A stretch of DNA of 64,000 bases from Octopus sinensis (Eukaryota), in assembly GCF_006345805.1 (NCBI RefSeq), contig NC_043007.1, positions 58,404,001-58,468,000 of the forward strand, written 5' to 3'. A program made the position numbers and the translations under genes. Shown one piece after another: positions 54,223-64,000 of the stretch (within the stretch, counting starts at the first letter, position 1; each line of letters begins with the position of its first letter). The notes beneath the pieces are model-generated. The model saw only the letters and a program-made list of their open reading frames with translations. It did no database searches and was not told where the DNA came from.

Positions 54223-54326
54223 TTCGTTCTCTTTCTCTCTCTGTCTATCTACCTATCTATCTGTCTATTTTCCTCTCCTTCTCTTCCTATTATTTCCCCT
54301 TCTTTTCTTCTTTTTCTCCCTCTTCA

Positions 54327-54378
<52 letters not shown>

Positions 54379-55416
54379 CTTTCTGTATCAATCAATCTTT
54401 CTCGTTCGTCATCTCCCTCGCCGCTACCTCATCTCATCTCATTTCAACTCTTCATATATTCCATCTCCACCCCCCTCATCCTCCTCCTCTTCTTCTTCTT
54501 CTTTTTCTTCTCCTCCTCCTCCTCCTCCTCCTCCTACTTCTCCTCCACCTCTTCTCTTTCCTGATCGCGTCTCTACACCCCTTACATACATTTTCCTTCG
54601 ATTTTTCTTATTGTTTTGTTTTCAGCACAACATTTTAATGTGTTCTGAATTGAAATATTCCGAAAACAAAGGAGCAAAATCATGTCCCTATGGACTACAA
54701 TGGATATATATTCATCACTCGTGCTTCCCCAAGCGGAAGGGCAACTTGATTCCGCCCTTCAGACAAGATAAAAAAAAAAATTTACACACACACAAATACA
54801 TACACACAAATAAACATACACACACATGCACACACGCACGCACACGCGCACGCACGAGTACGCACGAACACACACACACACACACACACAAACATACCCA
54901 CACATGCATACATACACACACACGCTTCTATATGTACACACAGATTCATAGATGTACGCAATATGTATGTATATCTGTGTAATGAGAGTGTGTATATGTG
55001 TGTAATGAGCATGTATATGTGCATGTGTATGTGCGTCTGTGTGTATCATTTATATACTAGGTAGATAGATAGATACATACATACATACATACATACATAC
55101 ATACATACATACATACATACATACATACAAACATGAATGCAGACATTACTAAATAGTTAAGAAATTCACTTTTCAACCACATCGTTCCGAGTTCCATACC
55201 TCTGAACAGCACTTTGTGCTTCGACAAATAAAGTTACGTCAAATAAGTAGAAAGAGCAAATAAATACTGGGGATGATATGATCGACTAAACCTTTGAAGG
55301 TGGTGCTCCAGCATGGCCGCAGCCTGTTTGTTGAACTTCTTAACGGAATACGTACATGCATATATTCGTTCATGCATGTATGTATACATACATACATTCT
55401 ATAATATATATTATAT

Positions 55417-55448
<32 letters not shown>

Positions 55449-55619
55449 ACATAGACGCAGACAAGCAAAGAATACGCATGAATATTGCTAAATATTTCGT
55501 GTGTAGGCCGGCATGTACATGTGACATATACTTAGATGTATACGTACATATAAACTGACTATTATCCATTTCATCGTGTCATATATGGGTGTATATATAT
55601 ATAATATATATATTATATT

Positions 55620-55828
55620 ATTTTCATTTTACTTGTTTCAGTCATTTGACTGCGGCCATGCTGGAGCACCGCCTTTAGTCGAACAAATCGACCTCAGGAC
55701 TTATTCTTTGTAAGCCTAGTACTTATTCTATCGTTCACTTTTGCCGAACCGCTAAGTAATGGGGACGTAAACGCACTAGCATCGGTTGTCAACCGATGGC
55801 GGGGAAACAAACATAGACACACAAACAT

Positions 55829-55870
<42 letters not shown>

Positions 55871-56283
55871 ATCACGTGACCGACCAGACCATCAGATGTT
55901 GCTACACATCGCTGGTCACAATGCGTTCGCATTGTTTTAGCATTCGAACGACGTCACCCCGCTGGCTAAGCGAGCAGGCCAACAGAAGAAAGAGAGAAAG
56001 AGTGGTGAAAGAGTACAGGAGGGATCACCACCCCCTGCCGGAGCCTCGTGGAGCTTTTAGGTGTTTTCGCTCAATAAACACACACAACGCCCGGTCTGGG
56101 AATCGAAACCGCGATCCTAAATATATACGACAGGCTTCTTTCGGTTTCCGACTACCAAATCCACTCACAAGGCTTTGGTTGGCCCGAGGCTACAGTAGAA
56201 AGTACTTGTCCAAGGTGCCACGAAGTGGGACTGAACCTGGAACCATGTGGTTGGGAATCAAGCTTCTTACCACAGTCACTCCA
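55620..56283 (-). mobile_element. SINE family A with a different SINE nested in its internal (TA)n
   Basis: 3' half at about 55620-55835 and 5' half at about 56120-56283, in register around the insert. Confidence 0.85.
55863..56118 (-). mobile_element. tRNA-derived SINE, family F, 5'-truncated
   Basis: Minus strand begins near the B box GGTTTCGATTCCC and ends GGTCGGTCACGTGATCACGTGATATAT. The same 3' end appears on + at about 20112-20195. Confidence 0.75.
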
Positions 56284-56289
56284 TATTGG

Positions 56290-56500
56290 TTTCAAATTTT
56301 GGCACAAAACCAGTAATTTCAGGGGAGGAAGTAAGTTGATTACATCGATCCCAGTGTGTTTAGCTGGTACTTATCAACTCCGAAAGGACAGAAGACAAAG
56401 TTGACCACAGCAGAATTTGAACTCAGAACGTACAGCTATAAGAAATGGCGCTAAGTATTTATCCCGATATGCTAACGATTCTGCCAGTTCGCTGCCTTAT
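56290..56500 (-). mobile_element. SINE family B, degenerate
   Basis: GATTACATCGA.CCCAGT..GAATTTGAACTCAGAACGT..CTGCCAGTTCGCTGCCTT. Confidence 0.7.
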
Positions 56501-56503
56501 CAT

Positions 56504-56630
<127 letters not shown>

Positions 56631-56866
56631 TATTCTCCACTGCTATCAATCAGCGAGTGGCCTGAAGCAGTTCTGGGGCGCTGGCGTGAAGGTTTTTGTC
56701 GATCAAATCGACGCCCGGACTTGTTTATTTGTAAATCTAGTACTTATTTCAATTACTTAGCTACGGGTACGTAAGCAATCCAACTGATTTCTGAGCCTAA
56801 CGCAAACACAAGTACACACTCTCACACACGCACGCTCGCACTCATACACATATGCACACTCATACC

Positions 56867-56902
<36 letters not shown>

Positions 56903-56993
56903 CACACGCATATTAAGAGGCCCTCGTCCTCATAATGTTAAGGTACTGCACATTTTGAACATTATAAGCTTGAGATATAATTTTCATCAGTGT

Positions 56994-57213
56994 CAATGGT
57001 TCTCAACCGGACTCCGTGTCGTGTGCCCCTTGGGATCCATATAAGATTTTGTTGTTAAAATGTATGGGCAATAAATTGGTTATACTTCTGTAATGCACAA
57101 AACACAAAATATTTTCACATTTTTTCTTTTATAATATTTAATTATAAAGACGTAATATAATTTTTTTAAACATTGAAAGAGGTCCATAGATACAAAACGG
57201 TTGAGAACTACTG
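56994..57213 (+). mobile_element. hAT-type MITE (Charlie-like termini)
   Basis: TIRs CAATGGTTCTCAACC and GGTTGAGAACTACTG (13/15 match). Right flank CTCTAGAT; the left TSD is not preserved. Confidence 0.7.
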
Positions 57214-58413
57214 CTCTAGATAATCGGTTCCCACTATTATGCATAGCTTTTCCAGGCCCTTGATTGCACTTTCTCTGTGTTTCTTGCTCCTCTGGGTAGA
57301 AAGCCCTCAAACAGCTCCAACTGCCATGTGTGTTGTTTTGCATCCTCAAATTTTTCTTTCTGAACATACAATGGATTACACATCTGGAAGGGATTTGTTG
57401 TCTTCAGGTGTCATAAGGACTTCTGTACACATACAGATCCAAATTGACCAGATGCCACCACGCTTATCACCTGTATGCATTGTGTAACGAAAGAGACGCA
57501 ACTAATATTATTTGCAGTGAACCTCGTGTTACATTGGCCAGTGAATCGAGAGAGCATTCAGTGGCTGTGTAAAGTAGGAGTTCGTCTCTTCTTGTTGGTT
57601 TCTTCTTATTGGTTCTGAGATAAATTCTTCAAGCAAGGAGGTACTTGCTTTAGTGACAAGCCACTGCCACAGTGTTTTGAAATTTCTTTTTCTTTTTTTC
57701 TGGCTGCTAAGTGATATCTGATAGTTCCCCTTGAGTAGCAACTCCAGGAAAATAGATGTTATAAAATATTTTTGCTTGCATTGTGTAAATTCTTGTTTTC
57801 ACTTGTTAAACATGTCTTTTATTTTTCATTTGATAGTGTATGTGCCTCATATTTTCTTTTATTCTTTTTCTTAGATTTTTAGCTCAATTTGTTCATCTAA
57901 GAAACTGTATGCGAATCAATTTAAAATTATTTTATCAAAACATTAGCAAAACATGTCACTAATCCATCTTTCGAACCTTCAACTACAACCATTGTCACTA
58001 CAATAGCCACTAATCCTCAACAATTCCAGTGTTAGACTGCTTCAGCTTCCCAAACCATAGCAACTATTACCAACATGATACATTCTCACCTTATTCAGGA
58101 ATGAAGCACCAAAGTTAATATGAAAGACACTGAAAATGACACATCAGACATTTTTTACCACTGTACGACGGTAAACTTGTGCACCACAATATCTTTAGTC
58201 CCGTTGGAAAATACAAAGATGTGTAGAAAGCTTCAGCATTTCAAGTCACTGCGCCAGTGCTTGTATATTCTTTTAGGGTTAAAGAAATATATTGTTTACA
58301 TGTGTGTGCTTGTTTGTCTGTGTGTGTATGTGTGTATGCATATGTATGTATGTATGTATGTATATGCAAATATATATAATTCATATATATATACACGCGC
58401 GCGCACATACATA

Positions 58414-58826
58414 TTACTCTTTTTACTCTTTTACTTGTTTCAGTCATTTGACTGTGGCCATGCTGGAGCACCGCCTTTAGTCGAGCAAATCGACTCCAGA
58501 ACTTATTCTTTGTAAGCCTAGTACTTATTCTATCGTTCTCTTTTGCCGAACTGCTAAGTTACGGGGGCATAAACACACCAGCATCGGTTGCCAAGCGATG
58601 TTGGGGAGACAAACACAGACACACAAACATATACACACACATGCATATATATACATATATAGGACGGGCTTCTTTCAGTCTCCGTCTACCAAATCCACTC
58701 ACAAGGCTTTGGTCGGCCCGAGGCTATAGTAGAAGACACTTGCCCAAGGTTCCACGCAGTAGGACTGAACCCGGAACCACGTGGTTCGTAAGCAAGCTAT
58801 TTACCACACAGCCACGCCTACGCCTA
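58414..58826 (-). mobile_element. SINE family A, full length; a further degenerate 3' half follows at about 58838-59050
   Basis: Reverse complement of the family A layout. Confidence 0.9.
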
Positions 58827-59091
58827 TATATAATCTTTTACTGCTTTCAGTCATTTGACTGTGGCCATGCTGGAGCACCGCCTTGAAGAATTCTTAATCG
58901 AATGAATCGATCTCAGTACTTATGTCTTCATATTTCTTCAAGCATGGTACTTATCCTATCGATCTCTTTGCCTAACCGTTACAGGGATGTAAACATACTA
59001 ACACTGGTCATCAAGCGGTGGCAGGGAACAAACACAGATACAAAGACACAAATATATTTATGTATAGATGTATATATGTATAATCGTACGT

Positions 59092-59232
59092 CTCCCTTCC
59101 GGCACTAGATGTCCGCACTGTGACCGATCTTTTCGAGCAAGAATTGGTCTTATCAGTCACCTGCGGACTCACCAATAAATTTGCGCGAAGACCATCATCC
59201 TCGACCTTGAGGGATTGCCATAGTAGTAGTAG
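59092..59232 (+). mobile_element. 5'-truncated RTE-BovB-type LINE insertion, 141 bp
   Basis: Encodes LPSGTRCPHCDRSFRARIGLISHLRTHQ* (stop 59176-59178). Short 3' UTR, (TAG)n tail, 11-bp TSD TAATCGTACGT at 59081-59091 and 59233-59243. Confidence 0.9.
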
Positions 59233-59924
59233 TAATCGTACGTGCATGCCTATGTGCGTGTACGTGTGTGTATGGACGCGCGACAGAGAGAGAAAGAAAT
59301 AGAGAGATTCTTCCATCCATTTATTTTTTGTTTCAGTCATTGGAATGTGACCACGGTGGCAGGCACTGCTTTCAAGGGTTTAGTCAAACACATTGAAATC
59401 TATTTGCCAAACCGCTAAGTTACAGGGAGGTAAAAGGACCAGCATTGGTTCTGAAGTAACATGGGAATAAACATAAAATCGCGCATACACATACATGCAC
59501 TCAAACAAACATGCACACACACACACACACCACACACACACACTTACACACATTCATATATAATGGGGGGGTCCGTATGTATGTATGCCTGAATATATGT
59601 ATGTATGTGTGTATGTATGCCTGGTTTTTGTCTACCAAATTTACTTACAATGCATTGGTCGACCCAAGGTTATAGTAGAAGACACTCGCCGAAGGTTCCA
59701 CGTAGTAGGACTGAACCAAAAACCCCATGTTTGCGAAACGACCTTCTCAACCACAGAGCCACTTTTGTGCCTACACACACATATATATACACACACCACA
59801 CATACACACACGCGCGGGCTAACTCAAACACACACATACAGAGACACACATCCACAAGTATATATCTAACTATACATATGTATATGCGTGTGTGTGTGTG
59901 CATGTGTGTGTATGCGTGTGTCTA

Positions 59925-60128
59925 TTTATGTGTGTCTGTGTTTGTCCCCCCACCATCGCTTGACAACCTATGCTGGTGTGTTTACGGTCTTGTAACGTAA
60001 TGGTTCGGCAAAACTGACCGATAGAATAAGTACTAGGCTTGCAAAGAATAATTCTTGGGATCGAGCAGTGCTGCAGCATGGCCGCAGTCAAATGACTGAC
60101 TGAAAGAAGTGAAAGTGTAAAAGAGTAA
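59925..60128 (+). mobile_element. SINE family A, 3' half
   Basis: GTGTCTGTGTTTGTCCCCC..GCATGGCCGCAGTCAAATGACTGA. Confidence 0.8.
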
Positions 60129-60809
60129 AGAAGATATAATATATATATATATATATTATATATGAAAAAAAGTTTGAAAATGCAATTTAAACGATGTTTA
60201 TTTACTTAACCGGTTTCACTCTTTGTAAAAGATTGTCAAAGTAACTTTGAATATTATGGGTTCAAAAAAAGTTTTTTACATAATTGTCACATTGAATATT
60301 ATGAATTCAAAATGTTTTTTTTTATACATAATTGTCACATACATGTATAAATATAGTATAAAAAGTTCAATAGTATGATGAGAATATTTGGAAAAATTGG
60401 CAGAAAAGAATAAACAATATATTATTGGAAATTTGGTTGTAATTATTGGTTGTCGCAAATTGTCACATTACATGTTATATATATACAGTCTGGGTAGAAA
60501 GGACATGTTAAAGACATAAGGAAGTGTAATAGTTTTGGTGAGAAAGCTTGTAATATTGACAGAGAAAATTAAATGGATATTTTAGACATCTCAGAATATT
60601 TTGAATCGAAGGCGAGAATTTGTTTTTTACTGACCTGTTTGTTGTTAAGCAGAAAAGTTGGATTTAGAGAAAAAAAAAATATGTACCCAGTTTGGTTTAT
60701 ACTTCCCCTTCAAGCATCAGTGATTTTGGGGTTATTGGGAGGTGAGTATGCGGGCGTGAATAGATGTGTCCGTGTGCCTGCTGGTCAGACAGCGTCTGTT
60801 TGTCACACC

Positions 60810-61593
60810 ACATATATACACACACACACAACACAATACACACACACACATAGTATACACACACACACACCATACACACACACACACACAGAACACAACC
60901 ACACACAACGCACCCACATATATAATATATACACACAGCACACAAATATAACATGTATTTATATAATATACAACACATATATAACACATACACACACAAC
61001 ACCCACACACACACACACACACACACAACACACGTACACATATATACATAATATAAATATCACACAAATACACCTAGCATATATATACACCATACATACA
61101 CATACACAGCATGTATATAACACATACACAATATATGCAGCAATATACATACGCAATACATACATATAATATATATATATATAGACAATGCATATACATA
61201 TATACATATATACATATAAATAGTGTTTTACATACACATACATAGATATACCACATATACACACAATATACATACATACAATGCATACACATACACGTAC
61301 GCATACATATAATATATATAGACACACACACACATCACACATACACAATGCATACATATATATACACGCAACGTATATACATGTATTCATGTATATATAG
61401 CACACTTACAATATACATATATACAATGCACACATACACACATATATACACTTAATTGTACACATACATATACAGTACACATACATACAATATACATATA
61501 CACAATGCGCATGCAAATAATGCACATGTTTATACACACACATACATGAAAATTATATACACACACACACATACACACACACATATATATATA

Positions 61594-61627
<34 letters not shown>

Positions 61628-62110
61628 CATACATACATGCCATACATATATTTTTTCACACACATACACACACATATATATATAAAATTTCACACACACA
61701 CCCACACACACAAAATACAAACCTATAGCGTACAACCCTCAAAATTATCTCTACATACCGCACACACACACAACCTGTACTCACATATACACACATACAC
61801 ATGCATAACACCACAGCACACACACATATATATATATATAAAAACAAATACACATGTAAATACATACACACGTACACAATGCTCACACACTCACACACAT
61901 ACACACACACACGCACACATATATACACACGTGCACACACACACACACACAACGCGCGCACACACACACACACATACACACACGCACACACACACACATA
62001 CATATACACACGCGCACACACACAACGTGCACACTCACACACACACACACAACACCCACACACACACACAACACCCACACACATACATAACCTACATATA
62101 TATAATGCAT
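60810..62110. repeat. Long degenerate CA/TA low-complexity array
   Basis: Read directly. The irregular periodicity suggests an old array or noisy consensus. Confidence 0.9.
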
Positions 62111-62256
62111 GCGTGTGCGTGCCACGTATGTGTGCGGTCAATGCCCGCTAGTGTGTCCTATCCGTGCCGATGCGCGCATGTGCCCGCCCGCACGATATGC
62201 TGTGAGTGTGCGCGTGCCCCTGTGTGCCTGCTCTGGATGTGTGCCCAGGGGGTATG

Positions 62257-63881
62257 TTAGAGTATGTTTAGTTGTGGTCTGTATTTTTGAATAAGATTAC
62301 ATTCCTTATTTATTCGTGTTTGGTCTGTGGTGTTGTCCGAGCATTGGTATAGTGGGAAGATTAAGAATTTGGGGGACTTATTGTGTGCACAAAGTCTAAG
62401 TGTCCACTTAGTGGTATCTGTCTTGTGGAGGGGTCCCTCAGTTGTTGTCGGTGAACTGACTGTCATTCTTTCTCTGAGGGTAAGGCTCGTTTGCCCTATG
62501 TAGTCTTCGTGGCATCCTTCACACCTTATACGTAGAGTAAATTTTTGATGCGCACGTGAAATTATTTTTTATGATGAATGTGGTGTCCCGAGTGGAACTT
62601 GTACGACGATCCCTCAATGAGGTGGATGCAGGTCTTGCAATTGGGGCGACCACATTTTTTGATGGTGGGCGGTGGGTTTGTGTTGTGTATTTTGCGTTGG
62701 TGAGGAGGTTTTTTAGGGATTTAGGTTGTCTCTTACTTTTTATTATTTTATGAGCTGCCAGTATTTTTTTCAGGCGTGGGTCTTGATTTAGTTGTGGAAT
62801 GTTGTTGTATATAATAGTGTAAGCTTCTGCATTCCTTGGGTTGTGTGTTGAGAGATAGGGGAGGCTATTTACTGTACTGTGGATGTGTTTGGGTTTTCGT
62901 AGGTCTTGAATGTTGATTGATTTGGCCCGTTCTATTCCGTTGTCTACTAGTGATGCCGGGTAATGTCTTTCGAGAAGAATTGCCCTTAGTTCCCGGAGTC
63001 TTCTATTTCGTGTTGTGTCATTTGAGACAATAGTGCAGATTCTTCTCGCTAGGTTGAAGGGGATATTTGTCTTTGTGTGTTTGGGTGATTGGAGGTGAAT
63101 AGAAGGTATTGTTTAGAGTCAGTGGGTTTTTAATGGATGTCAGTTTCAATGTTGACGCCTTTGTTAATGATAGGATGTCAAAAAAGGGAGTTGGTCCTGA
63201 CTATATTCCATTTGAATTGAATGTTGTTATTAACACTGTTGATAAGGTTTTTGAAGTCTTTAAGGTTGGTCGAGTGTGTGGGACCATAGGATGAGGCAAT
63301 CATCTAAGTAGCGTTTCCAGTTCTCCCAACAGGTATTTGTGGACAGACTGGCCGTACTTATATTTGGATTTTTTCATAGATATGTGATTCCAGTGTAGGC
63401 CATCACCAGGTTTGCATAGGTAGGTGGCAACTTTCGTACCCATTGCAGTTCCTGAGACCTGTCTGTAAGTGTTGTTTGTGGAAATACATGAAGTTGTTTT
63501 GCAGAATAAATTTTGAGGCCCTCATTATGAATTCTTTTTTAATTCTTTCCGGGATCTCATTGGGATATTTATCCAGCCAGAATTTAATGGCTTCCAAGGT
63601 TGAAGGGGATATTTGTCTTTGTGTGTTTTGGGTGATTGCAGGTGAATAGAAGGTATTGTTTAGAGTCAGTGGGTTTGTAATGGATGTCAGTTTCAATGTT
63701 GACGCCTTTTTTAATGATTAGGATGTCAAGAAAAGGGAGTTGGTCCTGACTATATTCCATTGTGAATTGAATGTTGTTATTAACAACACTGTTGATAAGG
63801 TTTTTGAAGTCTTTAAGTTGGTCGAGTGTGTGGGACCATAGGATGAGGCACATCATCTAAGTAGCGTTTCCAGTTCTCCCA
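62257..63881 (-). mobile_element. Penelope-like element, Neptune-type RT plus GIY-YIG, 5'-truncated, frameshifted, with internal duplication
   Basis: Across frameshifts: GTAMGTKVA, WKRYLDD, LPFLDILI, YKPTDSKQYLLF..HPKHTKTNIPFNL, FTCASKNLLYV/RCEGCHEDYIGQTSLTLRERMT, RINKECNLIQKYRPQLNIL*. Confidence 0.9.
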
Positions 63882-63922
63882 CATATATATAGATATATAT
63901 ATATATATATACTATATATATA

Positions 63923-63968
<46 letters not shown>

Positions 63969-64000
63969 AGGTCCGGGTTGATTCGGGGTTAACCACAGTA

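Noticed and set aside
57220-57900. Coding-like unique stretch, possible LINE or exon
   Set aside because: Stops in all frames and no motif I can identify.

Overview
Very AT-rich, microsatellite-dense eukaryotic non-coding DNA with one 100-N scaffold gap at 52477-52576. The SINE families present look like those of Octopus (inference from recalled octopus repeats, not from a search). No host protein-coding gene, tRNA gene, rRNA gene or CRISPR array can be supported, and most ORFs in the track are translated microsatellites. The recognisable coding content is all transposon-derived: (1) a Penelope-like element (PLE) with RT and GIY-YIG at 38807-41163, plus an inverted partial copy at 37935-38806; (2) a second, Neptune-type PLE at 62257-63881; (3) R4/Dong-type, RTE and RTE-BovB-type LINE fragments; (4) a DD37D (maT) Tc1/mariner fragment. 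Non-coding elements include a 512-bp non-autonomous Helitron, hAT MITEs and at least six tRNA-derived SINE families, several with clean target-site duplications (TSDs). The most interesting signals are: non-canonical hammerhead-like folds in PLE termini that abut (TA)n; the inverted PLE pair, whose copies complement each other's deletions; three fold-back palindromes with arms of about 115-140 bp; a TSD-resolved nest of insertions at 9.2-10.5 kb; an unassigned GC-richer island at 30.2-32.7 kb; and a tandem RFX X-box cluster at 26.8 kb.
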